Positions 27,901 through 42,490 of a stretch of 64,000 nucleotides of DNA are shown piece after piece. The position numbers were made by a program, and so were the translations under genes. Numbering within the stretch: position 1 is the first letter of the stretch; each line of letters starts with the position of its first letter. The stretch comes from the human T2T-CHM13v2.0 reference genome, Homo sapiens. The notes beneath the pieces are model-generated. The model had not been told where the DNA came from. It saw nothing but the letters and a program-made list of their open reading frames with translations, and ran no database searches. The stretch lies in the NCBI RefSeq assembly GCF_009914755.1, contig NC_060933.1; one strand, written 5' to 3'.

Positions 27901-29498
27901 TAGCACAAGGGCCTAAACTTTTTTTTTTTTTAGGACTATGCTTTAGTATGTTCATTATAAAACTTCCTCTCTAATGAATAGTAAGATTCTGAAAAAAATA
28001 GTATCTTTGTTACTTGTATGGAGTTGAGGCATATTCCATAACTCATATTTGCATTAATTCAAAATGACTTTCTCATGGGTCTAAATTAGGAAAGTTTTTA
28101 CTATAAACTATTTTTATAAGAAATAGAAAAATGTTTCTGTTTTATTCTAAGAAAATATGTACTTAAACAGTGTACGTTCCTGGGCAAGATGGCTGAATAG
28201 GAACAGCTCCGATCTGCAGCTCCCAGCGTGATCTACACAGAAGGCAGGTGATTTCTGCATTTCCAGCTGAGGTACCAGGTGCATCTCATTGGGCCTGGTT
28301 AGACAGTGGGTGCAGCCCATGGATGGGGAGCTGAAGCAGGGTGGGGCATTGCCTCACCGGGAAAGTACAAGTGGTCAGGAACTCCCTCTCCTAGACAAGG
28401 GAAGCCGTGAGGGACTGTGCCATGAGCAACACTGCACTCTGGCCCAGATACTATGCTTTTCCCATGGTCTTCACAACCTACAGACCAGGAGATTCCCTTG
28501 GCTGCCTACGCCACCAGGGTCCTGGGTTTCAAGCACAAAACTGGGCGGCTGTTTGAGCAGCCACCAAGCTAGCTGCAGGAGATTTTTTTCATTCCCCAGT
28601 GGCACCTGGAAGACCAGTGAGACAGAATCGTTCACTCTCCTAGAAAGGGGGCTGAAGCCAGGCAGCTAAGTGGTCTAGCTCAGGGGATCCGACCCCCACA
28701 GAGCCCAGCAAGCTAAGATCCACTGGCTTGAAATTCTCGCTGCCAGCACAGCAGTCTGAAGTCTATCTGGGATGCTCAAGCTTGGTGGGGGGAGGGGCAT
28801 CCGCCATTACTGAGGCTTGAGTAGGCGGTTTTCCCCTCACAGTGTAAACAAAGCCGCAGGGAAGTTCAGACTGGGCAGAGCCCACTGCAGCTCAGCAAAG
28901 CCACTGTAGCCAGACTACCTGTCTAGATTCCTCCTCTCTGGTAAAGGCATCTCTGAAAGAAATGCAGCAGCCGCAGTCAGGGGCTTATAGAGCAAACTCC
29001 CATCTCCTTGGGACACAGCACTTGGGGGATGGGGTGGTTGTGGGTGCAGCTTCAGCAGACTTGAACGTTCCTGCCTGTTGGCCTTGAAGAGAGCAGTGGA
29101 TCACGCAGCACAGCACTCAAGCTCTACTAAGAGACAGACTGCCTCCTCAAGTGGGTCCCTGACCTCCATGACTCCTGACTGAGAGACACCTCCCAGCAGG
29201 GCTCAATAGACACCTCATACAGGAGAGCTCCAGCTGGCATCTGGCAGGTGCCCCTCTGGGACAAAGCTTCCAGAGGAAGGAACAGGCAGCAATTTTTACT
29301 GTTCTGTAGCCTCCACTGGTGATACCCAGGCAAACAGGGCATGGAGTATCCAGCAGACCTGCAGCAGAGGGGCCTGACTGTTAGGAAAACTAACAAACAG
29401 AAAGGAATAGCGTCAACATCAACAAAAAAGACATCCACACATAAACCACATCCGAAGATCACCAACATCAAAGACCAAAGGAAGATAAATACACGAAG

Positions 29499-30500
29499 AT
29501 GAGGAAAACCCAGCACAAAAAGGCTGAGTATTCCAAAAATCAGAATGCTTCTTCTCCTCCAAAGGATCACAACTCCTCACCAGCAAGGGAACAAAACTGG
29601 ATGGAGAATGAGTTTGACGAATTGACAGAAATAGGCTTCAGAAAGTGGATAATAACAAACTCCTCCAAGCAAAAGGAGCGTATTCTAACCCAATGCAAGG
29701 AAGCTAAGAACTTTGAAAAAAGGTTAGAGAAATTGCTAACTAGAATAACCAGTTTAGAGAAGAACAGAAATGAATGATGGAGCTGAAAAACACAGCACGA
29801 GAACTCATGAAGAATACACAAGTATCAATAGCTTAATTGATGAAGCAGAAGAAAGGATATCAGAGATTGAAGATCAACTTGATGAAATAGACCATGAAGA
29901 CAAGATTAGAGAAAAAAAGAATGAAAAGGAACAAACAAAGCCTCCAAGAAATATGGGACTATGTGAAAAGACCAAATCTACGTTTGATTGGTGTACCTGA
30001 AAGTGATGGGGAGAATGGAACCAAGTTGGAAAACACTCTTCAGTATATTATCCAGGAGAACTTCCCCAACCTAGCAAGACAGGCCAACATTCAAATTCAG
30101 GAAATACAGAAAACCTCACAAAGATACTCCTCAAGAAGAGCAAACCCAAGACACATAATTGTCAAATTCACCAAGGTTGAAATGAAGGAAAAAATGTTAA
30201 GGGCAGGAAGAGAGAAAGGTTGGGTTACCCACAAAGGGAAGCCCACCAGACTAACAGTGGATCTCTCTGCAGAAACCCTACAAGCCAGAATAGAGTGGGG
30301 GCCAATATTCAACATTCGTAAAGAAAAGAATTTTCAACCCAGAATTTCATATCCAGCCAAACTAAGCTTCATAAGCGAAGGGGAAATAAAATCCTTTACA
30401 GACAAGCAAATGCTGAGAGATTTTTTCACCACCAGGCCTGCTTTACAAAAGCTCCTGAAGGAAGCTCTAAATATGAAAAGAAAAAAAATAGTACCAGCCA
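29499..30500 (+). pseudogene. L1 ORF1p, frameshifted
   Basis: ORFs 29499-29777 and 29894-30655 (SLQEIWDYVKRPNLRLIGVPE; FQPRISYPAKLSF). Confidence 0.9.
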
Positions 30501-30587
30501 CTGCAAAAACATACCAAATTGTAAAGACCGTTGATAGTATGAAGAAACTGCATCAACTAACAGGCAAAATAACCAGCTACCATCATA

Positions 30588-33500
30588 ATGACAGGGTCAA
30601 ATTCACACATAACAATATTAGCCTTCCATGTAAATGGGTTAAATGCCCCAATTAAGACACAGACTGGAAAATTGGATAAAGGGTCAAGACCCATCGGTGT
30701 GCCGTATTCAGGAAACCCATCTCACGTGCAAAGACACACATAGTCTTAAAATAAAAGGATGGAGGAATATTTAGCAAACAAAGGGAAAACCAAAAAAAAG
30801 CAGGGGTTGCAATCCTATTCTCTCATAAAACAGACTTTAAACCAAAAAAGATCAAAAAAGGCTAAGAAAGGCATTACATAATGGTAAAGGGATCAATTCA
30901 ACAAGAAGAGCTAACTATCCTAAATATATATGCACCCAATACAGGAGCACCCAGATTCATAAAGCAAGTTCTTAGAGACAGACAAAGAGACTTAGACTCC
31001 CACATAATAATAGTGGGAGACTTTAACACCCCACTGTCAATATTACACAGATCAATGAGACAGAAAATTAACAAGGATATTTAGGACTTCAACTCAGCTC
31101 TGGACCAAGTGGACCTAATAGACATCTATAGGACTCTTCACCCAAAATCAACAGAATATACATTCTTTTCAGCACCACATAACATTTATTTTAAAATTGA
31201 CCACATAATTGGAAGTAAAACAGTCCTCAGCAAATGCAAAAGGACAGAAATCATAACAAACAGTCTTACACCACAGTGTAATCAAACTAGAACTCAGGAT
31301 TCAGAAACTCACTCAAAACCACTCAACTACATGGAATCTGAACAACCTGCTCCTGAATGACTACTGGGTAAATAACAAAATGAAGGCAGAAATACATAAG
31401 TTATTTGAAACTGATGAGAACAAAGACACAATGCACCAGAATCTCTGGGACACAGCTAAAGCAGTGTTTAGAGGGAAATTTATAGCACTAAATGCCCACA
31501 GGAGAGAGGGGGAAAGATCTAAAATCAATACCCTAATATCACAATTAAAAGAGCTAGAGAAACAAGAGCAAACAAATTCAAAAGCTAGCAGAAGACAAGA
31601 AATTACTAAGATCAGAGCAGAATTGAAGGAGATAGAGACACGAAAAACCCTTCAAAAAATCAATGAATCCAGGAGCTGGTTTTTTGAAAAGATCAACCAA
31701 GTAGACCACTGGCCAGACTACTAAAGGAGAAAAGAGAAGAATCAAATAGACACCATAAAAAATGATAAAGAGGATATCACCACCGATCACACAGAAATAC
31801 AAACTACCATCAGAGAATACTACAAACACCTCTATGCAAATAAACTGGAAAATGAAGAAGAAATGGATACATTCCTGGACACACACCTTCCCCAGACTAA
31901 ACCAGGAAGAAGTCGAATCCCTGAATAGACCAATATCAAGTTCTGCAATTGAGGCAGTAATTAATAGCCTACCAACCAAAAAAAGTCGAGGGCCAGATGG
32001 ATTCACAGCCGAATTCTACCAGAGGTACAAAGAGGAGCTGGTACCATTTCTTCTGAAACTATTCCAAACAATAGAAAAACAGTGAATCCTCCCTAACTCA
32101 TTTTATGAGGCCGGCATCATCCTGAAACCAAACCTGGCAGAGACATAGCAAAAAAAGAAAATATCAGGCCAATATCCTTGATGAACATTGATGTAAAAAT
32201 CTTCAATAAAACACTGGCAAACCAAATCTAGCAGCACATCAAAAAGCTTATCCACCATGATCAAGTCAGCTTCATCCCTGGGATGCAAGGCTTGTTCCAC
32301 ATATGCAAATCAATAAATGTAATCCATCACATAAACAAAACCAATGACAAAAACCACATGATTATCTCAATAGATGCAGAAAAAAGCCTTGGATAAAATT
32401 CAACACCTATTCATGCTAAAAACTGTCAATAAACTAGGTATTAATGAAATGTATCTCAAAATAATAAGAGCTGTTTTTGACAAACCCACAGCCAATATCT
32501 TACTGAACGGGCAAAACCTGGCTGCACTCCTTTTGAAAACTGGCACAAGACAAGGATGCCCTCCCTCACCACTCCTATTCAACATAGTATTGGAAGCTGT
32601 GGCCAGGGCAATCAGGCAAGAGAAAGAAAGAAAGTGTATTCAGATAGGAAGAGAGGAAGTCAAATTGTCCCTGTTTGCAGATGACATGATTGTATATTTA
32701 GAAAACCCCATCATCTCAGCCCAAAATTTCTTAAGCTGATAAGCAACTTCAGCAAAGTCTCAGGATACAAAATCAATGTGCAAAAATCACAAGCATTCCC
32801 ATACAGCAATAATAGACAAACAGAGAGCCAAATCATGAGTGCACTCCCATTTAAAATTGCTACAAAGAGAATAAAATACCTAGGAGTACAACTTATAAGG
32901 GATGTGAAGGACCTCACCAAGAACTAAAAACCACTGCTCAACAAAATAAGAGAGGACACAAACAAATAGAAAAGCATTCCATGCTCATGGATAGGAAGAA
33001 TCAATATCATGAAAATGGCCATACTGCCCAAAGTAATTTACAGATTCAATGCTATCCCCATCAAGCTACCACTGACTTTCTTCACAGAATTAAAAAAAAA
33101 ACACTACTTCAAATTTCATATGGAACCAAAAAAGAGCCCATATAGCCAAGACATTCCTAAGCAAAAAGAATAAAGGTGGAGGCATCATGCTACCTAACTT
33201 CAAACTATACTACAAGGCTACAGTAACCAAACAGCATATTACCGGTACCAAAACAGATGTATAGTCCAATGGAACTGAACAGAGGCCTCAGAAATACTGC
33301 CACACATCTACAACCATCTGATCTTTAACAAACCTGACAAATACAAGGTATGGGGAAAGGAGTCCCTATTTAATCAATGGTGTTAGGAAAACTGGCTAGC
33401 CATATGCAGAAAACTGGAACTGGACCCCTTCCTTACACCTTACACAAAAATTAACTCAAGATGGTATAAACACTTAAACATAAGCCCTAAAACCATAAAA

Positions 33501-33636
33501 ATCCTAGAAGAAAACCTAGGCAATAGCATTTAGGACATAGGCATGGGCAAACACTTCATGACTAAAACACCAAAGTAATGGCAACAAAAAACAAAATTGA
33601 CATATCGGATCTAATTAAACTAAAGAGCTTCTGCAT

Positions 33637-33672
<36 letters not shown>

Positions 33673-34420
33673 ATCTTCAGAGTGAACAGGCAACCTATAG
33701 AACGGGAGAAAAATTTTGCAATCTATCCATCTAACAAAGGACTAATATCCAGAATCTATAAGGAACTTAAACAAATTTACAAGAAAAAACAACCCCATCA
33801 AAAAGTGGGCAAAGGATATGAACAGACACTTCTCAAAAGAAGACATTTATGTGGCCAACAAATATATGAAAAAAATGGTCATCGTCACTGGTCATTAGAG
33901 AAATGCAAGTCAAAACCACAATGAGATACCATCTCACGCCAGTTAGAATGGCGATCATTAAAAAGTCAGGAAACAACAGATGCTAGAGAGGACGTGGAGA
34001 AATAGGAACTTTTTACACTGTTGGTGGGAGCGTAAATTAGTTCAACCATTGTGGAAGGCACTGTGGCAATTCCTCAAGGATCTAGAACCAGAAATACCAT
34101 TTGACTCAGCAATTCCATTACTGGGTATATACCCAAAGGATTATAAATCATGCTGCTATGAAGACACATGCACATGTATGTTTATTGCAGCACTATTCAC
34201 AATAGCAAAGACTTGGAACCAACCCAAATGCCCATCAGTGATAGACTGGATTAAGAAAATGTGGCACATATACACCATGGAATACTATGCAGCCATAAAA
34301 AATGATGAGTTCATGTCCTTTGTAGGGACATGGATGAAGCTGGAAACCATCATTCTCAGCAAAGTAACACAGGAACAGAAAACCAAACAGCGCATCTTCT
34401 CACTCATAAGTGGGAGCTGA
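30588..34420 (+). pseudogene. L1 ORF2p (endonuclease/reverse transcriptase), disrupted
   Basis: Fragments [61 protein letters not shown]. Confidence 0.9.
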
Positions 34421-36327
34421 ACTATGAGAACAGATGGACACAGGGAGGGGAACATCACATACTGAGGCCTGTCAGGGGGTGGGGGGCTAGGGTAGTAATA
34501 GCATTAGGAGAAATACCTAATATAGATGAAATATTGATGGGTGCAGCAAACCACCACAGTGTGTGTATACCTATGTAACGTGCACATTCTGCACAAGTAT
34601 CCCAGAACTTAGGGTATAATAAAAAAAAAAAGTATAATCCTTCAGAATGATATCGTTTTATCACTGTCATCTCCTGCTGAAGCTAGTAGAATCAAATAGC
34701 ACGTCAATGTGTTTTCCACTCCAGAGTATCAAAGTTACCAAGGGTAGTAGCTGCCCAGTAGCTGGAAGTAGCAGAGTCAACCTGGCTCCATCACATTTAT
34801 TCAATGTTGATCTGTACTGTAGGTGCTTCCCTAGGCCTGAACTGCTGAACATCATGAACAGATAGAATTGGCCTCAAGTCTCAGGAAGGCTACAGACCAT
34901 AGAATCCTAATGGGATTCGATGCTGGAATCATTCATGATTTCAATAAGTGTTTCCTGAGCTTGAGCCAGGGAGCCCTGAATGTGTCATATTGACAAGGAG
35001 GCAGTCAGTCTCTGCCTTCAGGACTCTCACAGTTCAGTGGGGGAGATTGAAATGGGAACACATTTAAAATATATCTACAACACAGTATTACAAAGGGCTG
35101 CAATAAAGATCTCCCTCCTTCTGCCCACAGTGGTCTAGAGCTGTGGCTGAAAAGGCATTTGTCAAGTGGGCAAGGAAAAAAAAATGTATCCCAGGGAGAG
35201 GACAGCATGTGGAAAGGCACAGACAATTACATATCTGTTGAATGCCTTTTACGTGCTGTTCTGGGCACTAATGATAAAACAGCAATTAAAGTTCCAGTTC
35301 CCACAGAGCTTACATCCTAGTAGAATGAGAAAATGTGCAGTATTCAGGCAATGACAAATAGTTTAGTATAAAATAGGGGAAGTGGTGAAGATGAAATTAG
35401 GGGTACAGATTACGGATAGCTGCCATTTGAAGGGTCTTGAAGGACAAGCTTAGGAATTTGAGCTTTAACCTGTAAGGTGGTTCCATGGACTCTTGACTAG
35501 TTTATCATCTAGAGGGCAAGATTGGTGGCAACTTCCTGTGGATAAAATTAAAACCACCTGGTATATCTAAAAGCTCAGTAATATTCATCCTGGCATTTGC
35601 TTGAGCAAAAGTGCTGGAGTTGATTTTATATCCACTGTTGGATGGGTATTAAGTGCCACATCGTTGTATCTAAGAGGACTTAAAAAGGAGAAAAATTAAA
35701 ATGAGAGCAGGAGTTACAGGAAATGGCTGCTAAGTGGTGGCCTTATGCACTGGCCTTGGCCTTGAACTTGAGTTGCTTTTGCCTGGTAGTGGTATGGACT
35801 GTGCACATAACTTCACCTGAGGTAGCCAGATGGATAACTGAGTATGCTATACCAAGACGTTCCCACTGGGTATTTTAAACATTCCTGGAGCAACACAAAA
35901 CTTCTGTACAAAGCCTAGAAATGTGTAAGCTGGGAACCAATTTTTCATCCTCAGTTTAAAAACAGAAATCAAACCTGTTGATTCCTGTCTGCCCCCACCC
36001 CAGCCTCTCTGACTGTCTTAAGGTCTTTGAAAGTGCCCAACAAAAACTCTCTGCAAAGATGATTGATTGTTTTTAATGGCAGTCACTCTAATAGCTTAGA
36101 CTCTAGTGGAAAGAGTGTTTTTAATGATATTTATATGAATGATGTGCTGCTTCTGGCCACCAGCCAGTAACGCATGCACTTCTGTTCTTTAGAGTACTAA
36201 TAAGGGGCACTGATTCATTTACATTTGGCCAAAGACCTGGATTAAAAGTATAGTCTGTGGAGATAATAAAGGTTCTTCTTTTATACAGATCAAACTCATG
36301 ACTGTGGCCTGAAATAGCTCTTTAACC

Positions 36328-36512
36328 AGTGATTCTCAAAGTTTTGAAGTGGGTTGGAATGACATGTGACTATTTGAAACACAGATTGCTGGGCTACACT
36401 TCCAGAACTCCTGATTCAGTAGGTATGGGGTAAGGCCCAATAACTTGCATTTCTAACTAGTTCTTAGGCAATGCTGATACTGTTCGTCCTCCAGACAACT
36501 CTTTGAGAACTA
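36328..36512. mobile_element. MER5A (hAT-Charlie MITE)
   Basis: cagtgattctcaaa...tgattcagtaggt...tgcatttctaac...ctttgagaac. Confidence 0.75.
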
Positions 36513-37892
36513 TTTTTCTTGTATTCCAAATTTACCTGACTTACCGTAAAAAGAATTTTCAGGGGAAGAGTCCTTAGGTACCGATATTTTTTTAAGGCCC
36601 CAGGTGATTCACTGGGAAAAATGCTGTTACCTCACCCCAGGTGAGTTACATGATCATTATTTCTAACAATTTATTTTAACAAACATTTAAAGAAGTGGTT
36701 CTTAACTTTGGACACACATTAGAATCATAGAGAGTTTTTAAAAAATACCAATCACTGGGTCAAACCTCCAGAGATTTTGATTCAGTTGGTCAAATGAAGC
36801 CTGGCATCTGTCTCTTTTTAAAAGCTCTCCAAGAAAAGGATAGTCTTTCCAACAGACAGTGTTTGAAAAATCAGATATCTACATGCAAAAGAATAAAATT
36901 GGGCTCTCATACAGAATTTAACTTTATATTTTTAAAAAACTTAAATGCAACAGTCCTGAAACTGTAAAACTCCTAGGACATGAGCAGTGTTCTAGGAGTT
37001 TCCTAGAGGAAAGTATAGGGAAAGAAACCTCCTGACATTGGTCTTGGCAACAACTTGTTTGGTATGACTGCAAAAGTACAGGTAATGAAAGCAAAATAAA
37101 TGGTAGGTTTACATTAAACTAAAGAGCTTCTGCACAGCAAACAGTCAACCAAATGAAAAGGCAACCTATAGAATGGGAGAAATAATTTGCAAACCATATA
37201 TCTGATAAGGGGTTAATATACAAAACATATAAGGAACTCAAACAACTTAGTAGCAAAACACCAAATGACCCAACTAAAAAAAATGGGCAAAGGACTTGAA
37301 TAAATGTTTCTCCAAGGACAACGTAAAAACGCCAACAGGTATGTGAGAAGATGCTCAATGTCTATAATCAGTAGGGAAGTGCAAATCAAAACCACAGTGA
37401 GATATCATCTCACATCTGTTAAGATAATTATTATCAAAAAGACAAGAGATAGCACATGTTGGTGAGGATATGGGGAAAAGAGAACCCTGGTTTGTACACT
37501 GCTGAAGGGAATGTAAATTAGTTCAGCCAATATGGAAAACAGTATGAAGATTCTTCTCAAAATTAAAAGTAGAACTATTGTGTCCGGAATTGGTGGGTTC
37601 TTGGTCTCGCTGACTTCAAGAATGAAGCTGTGGACCCTTGCAGTGAGTGTTACAGTTCTTAAAGATGGTGTATCCGGAGTTTGTTCCTTCTGGTGGGTTT
37701 GTGATCTCGCTGACTTCAGGAGTGATGCTGCATACTTTCGCGGTGAGTGTTACAGCTCTTAAGGCGGTGTGTCTGGAGTTGTTTGTTCCTCCAGTCCAGA
37801 GTTGTTCCTTCCTCCCGTCCGCAGTTGTTCCTTCCTCCCGTCTGGAGTTGTTCATCCCTCCCAGTGGGTTCATGGTCTCGCTGGCCTCATGA

Positions 37893-38329
<437 letters not shown>

Positions 38330-38338
38330 CAGCCTGCT

Positions 38339-38470
38339 TTTATTCCCTTATCTGACCCTACCCACATCCTGCTGATTGGTCCGTTTTACAGAGAGCTGAT
38401 TGGTCCTTTTTGACAGGGTGCTGATTGGTGCATTTGCAAACCTTGAGCTAGACACAGAGTGCTGATTGGA
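38339..38470 (-). promoter_or_regulatory. ERV9 LTR promoter core: four CCAAT boxes, a GATA site and the AATAAA TATA-like box
   Basis: attgg at 38375, 38399, 38424, 38465; cttatct 38347-38353; tttatt 38339-38344. Confidence 0.6.
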
Positions 38471-39181
38471 GCATTGACAAATCTTGAGCTAGACACGAAG
38501 TGCTGACTGGTGCATTTACAATCCTCCAGGTAGACATAAAAGTTCTTCAAGTCCCCACCTGACTCAGGAGCCCAGCTGGCTTCGCCTAGTGCATCCCGCG
38601 CCAGGGTCGCAGGCGGAGCTGCCTGTCAGTCCCATGCCAGGCGCCTGTACTCCTCAGTGGCGCCCGTCAGGGAGGCTCGGGCCGTGTGGGAGCCCAAGGG
38701 GGAGTGAGGAGGGGGGTGGTTCGGGCATTGGGGGCTGCAGGTCCTGAGCCCTGTCCTGTGGGGAGGCAGCTGAGGCCCAGCAAGAATTAGAGCGTGGCAT
38801 GGGTGGGCCGGCAGTGCTGGGGGACCTGGCACACCCTCCGCAGCTGCTGGCCCAGGTGCTAAGTCCCTCACTGCCCGGGCCGGCCGCTCTGAGTGCGGGG
38901 CCCACCGATCCCGCGCCCACCTGGAACTCGCGCTGGCCCACGAGCTCTGTTTGCAGCCCCAGTTCCCGCCCGCGCCTCTCCCTCCACACCTCCCGGCAAG
39001 CAGAGGGAGCTAGCTCCGGCCTCAGCCAACCTAGAGAGGGGCTCCCAGAGTGCAGCAGTGGGCTGCAGTGCTCCTCAAGCACAGCCAGAGTGGACACCAA
39101 GGCCAAGGAGGCGCAGAGAGCGAGCGAGGGCTGCTAGCATGTTGTCACCTCTCTCTCTGATCTAGCAATCCTACTTCTCAG

Positions 39182-40159
39182 TATCAGGGAACCTGCCCCG
39201 ATATTCATGTAGGTTCTTTTCTATTTTCCCTAAGCATCAGCTGGCTTGAGAAATAAAGGGACAGAGTACAAAAGAGAGAAATTTTAAAGCTGGGCGTCGG
39301 GGGAGACATCACATGTCGGTAGGTTCCGTGATGCCCCACAAGCTGCAAAAACCAGCAAGTTTTTATTAGGGATTTTCAAAAGGGGAGGGAATGTGCGAAT
39401 AGGTGTGGGTCACAGACATCAAGTACTTTACACGGTAATAGAATATCACAAGGCAAGTGGAGGCAGGGCAAGATCACAGGACCACAGGACCGGGGCGAAA
39501 TTAAAATTGCTAATGAAGTTTCGGGCACCATTGTCACTGATAACATCTTATCAGGAGACAGGGTTTTGAGGGCAACTGGTCTGACCAAAATTATTAGGTG
39601 GGAATTTCCTCTTCCTAATAAGCCTGGGAGCGCTATGGGAGACTGGGGTCCATTTCACCCCTGCAGTCTTGACCATAAGAGACGGGCACACCTGGGGGGG
39701 CCGTTTATAGGCCTATACCTCCAGGCGTGTATTCTCTTTCCCAGGGATGTTCCTTGCTGAGAAAAAAGAATTCAGCGATGTTTCTCCCATTTGCTTTTGA
39801 AAGAAGAGAAATATGGCTCTGTTCCGCCTGGCTCACTGGTGGTCAGAGTTTAAGGTTATCTCTCTTATTCCCTGAACAACTGCTGTTATCCTGTTCTTTT
39901 TTTCAAGGTGCCCAGATTTCATATTGCTCAAACACACATGCTGTACAATTTATGCAGTTAATGCAATTATTCCAGGGTCCTGAGGCGACATACATCCTGC
40001 TCAGCTGACAAGATTAAGAGATTAAAGTAAAGACAGGCATAGGAAATCACAAGGGTATTGATTGGGGAAGTGATAAGTGTCCATGAAATCTTTACAATCC
40101 ACGTTCTTCTGCCATGGCTTCAGCCAGTCCCTCCGTTTGGGGTCCCTGACTTCCCGCAA
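39182..40159 (-). mobile_element. MER11 (HERV-K11/HML-8) solo LTR
   Basis: tatcagggaacc...gtaggttc end; ttctgccatggcttcagcc...ggggtccctgacttcccgcaa start (terminal 2 nt lost). Confidence 0.9.
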
Positions 40160-40662
40160 GGAAGATAAAACAGTATCTCAAAGGGATATCTACACCTCCA
40201 TATTTATTGCAGCGTTATTCACAATAGCCAAGATATGGAAATGACCTAAGTGTCCATGGATGGATGAGTGGATAGGAAATTGTGGAATATATTTACAAAT
40301 GAATATTATTCAGCCTTTAAAAAGAAGACAATCTTGTCATTTGTGAAAATGTGGATGAACCTGGAAGACATTATGATAAGTGAAATAAACTAAATATAGA
40401 AAGGCAAATACCGTATGATCTTACTTATATGTGGTGTGGAATCTAGGAAAAAAGTTAAATCCATAGAAGCAGAGAGTAAAACAGTGATTACCAGGGGCTA
40501 GAGGAAGGGATGAGGAAAAGGGTAGATGTTGGTCAAAGGCTACAACTCTCCGTTATCAAATCAACAAGTTCTGGGGGTCGAATGTACAGCATGGTGACTT
40601 TTATTAATAATACTGTATGGTTTACTTGAAATTTGCTAAGAAAGTGTATCTTAAGTGTCCTC

Positions 40663-40663
<1 letters not shown>

Positions 40664-40693
<30 letters not shown>
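40664..40693. repeat. (CA)n microsatellite
   Basis: Direct reading. Confidence 0.9.
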
Positions 40694-40695
<2 letters not shown>

Positions 40696-41594
40696 ACATG
40701 AGCAAATTTTAACTAAGTTTGGTGATGGATGAGTTAGCTAATTTGATTGTGATAATCATTTCACAATGTATACATTTATGAAATCATCACATTTGTACAC
40801 CTTGGATATATATAATTTTTGTTTGTCAATTATGCCTCAGGAAAGTTGGGGCAGGGAGCCCTTCAGGTATTTCTCATGTGCAGCCAAGGTTTGGCTGAAA
40901 GCCTGCTAAAAGGCCTTTAGTCCCCATCTTCACCAGACTATTTACTTCAGCACCCAGCCTGCTCACCCCGAGGTCTTCCCTTACACCCTTACACCTCTAT
41001 CCCTGGCCTTGGTGGAGTGCTTCTCCTCTGCAGAAGCAATGTTTCCATCAAAACAGTTGGGACAAGATTGGGATTTAACAGTTTCCCCTGTTAGAAAGTA
41101 AACTTCCTGAGGGCAAACACCAGAGCTGAATTTTCCTCTAATCCCAGCGCCTAGAGAACCGGATTTAGCCAGCTCTTTAAGAAGTAAGCAGAACTGTTTT
41201 GTTTTCTGTGCTGCTTAGTGCAGGACAATATAGAGCAGATCTGGCTCTGCCCCTTAGCAGCCCAGAACACTGGACATGTTGGATATAATTTTAATCTTGC
41301 TGAGCCTCTGTTTTCTTTTCTGTAAATTAGACACCTCTTGGGCTAGTTGTGAACTTTAGAAGAGATGACTAATGTAAAGCATGTCTCATGATGCAAAGTG
41401 TGTCATAAGTGATTTAGTAAATGTGGGCTATTTTTATGTTATGCTAATTTGCATTGGTGAGTTCACTGTATGTTCTTCAACATTATCATTATGAGAGAGG
41501 TCATAGTTTATCTATACCTAGCAATGCATTTTAGAGAGTGGCCCCAAAGTATGCTTTATGGACGGGTACTTCTATTTTCTTGAGTTCTTAGACT

Positions 41595-41802
41595 AATGGT
41601 TTTCAAACTGTGGTCTGTGTCTGGTCTGGCAATATCAGCACTACCTGGAAACTTGTTAGAAATGTAAATTCCTGGGTGCCACACCAGACCCACTGAATCA
41701 AAAACTCAATTCTGAGTAGCAGTAATCTACGTTTCAGCAAGCCTTTCAGAAAATCTGGATAGACACTGAAGGTTACAAGATATTGGCTTAGAAGAACCAC
41801 TG
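41595..41802. mobile_element. MER5A-like MITE
   Basis: atggttttcaaactgtggtc...cctggaaacttgttagaaatgtaaatt...actgaatca...gaaccactg. Confidence 0.7.
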
Positions 41803-42196
41803 TTTAAAAACATTTTAGCAACCTGATATACATTCCTAATTCTTTCTGAACCACTGGTTCCTGACCAGAGGAGAGAAGGATGGCACCTCTTCCTTACAGT
41901 GGTGTATCACATCTCCAAGGAGCTGATATGATTGGAAAAAGTACCCCAGAGATTCTGATGTCTCCTCTAGAGGCCATGTTTCTCGTAGCTAATTTTTTTT
42001 TTTTCAAATATGGTTTTAGGCCATACTTTTGGCAGTGATTCAGATTCAGCAAGTCTAACGGCTGAAGGATATTATATGGATGTGTATTTAAAGGATATTA
42101 TATGCCAAGCTGTATGCCAAGTGCTTTTATAGATATAATTTTATTTAGTGCGTGTGTCCACAACTTTATTATTGATACTTTACAAACAAATAAAGA

Positions 42197-42490
42197 GGCT
42201 GGGCACAGTGGCTCATGCCTGTAATCCTAACACTTTGGGAGGCCAAGGTGGGAGGATGGCACGAATCCAGGAATTTGAGACTAGCCTGGGCAATATAGCA
42301 AGACCCCATCTCAACAAACAATTTTTAAACAATTTTTTCTGGGAGTAGTGGCACGCCTGTACTGTAATGCCAGCTACTCCTGAGGCAGGAGGATCACTTG
42401 AGCCCAGGAGTTCAAAGCTGCACTGAGCCATGAAGGTGCCAGCCTGGGCAATAGAGTGAGACCCCAACTCTATTTAAAAAAAAGAAAAAG
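42197..42490 (+). mobile_element. AluJ with small internal deletions
   Basis: ggaggatcacttgagcccaggagttc; A tail. Confidence 0.85.

Larger units (their letters stand above)
28175..34631 (+). mobile_element. Full-length (~6.45 kb) inactivated L1PA7-like LINE-1
   Basis: 5'UTR caagatggctgaataggaacagctcc; ORF1 from 29499 and ORF2 (30588-34420) broken by stops and frameshifts; EN (GDFNTPL) and RT (LFADDM) motifs; 3'UTR and A tail. Confidence 0.95.

Noticed and set aside
28175-34631. Potentially active LINE-1
   Set aside because: ORF1 and ORF2 carry many stops and frameshifts and CpGs are decayed; I could not identify a clear TSD
38580-39140. CpG-island-like region with overlapping ORFs of 80-150 aa
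   Set aside because: Lies wholly in LTR12 U3; the ORFs reflect high GC content
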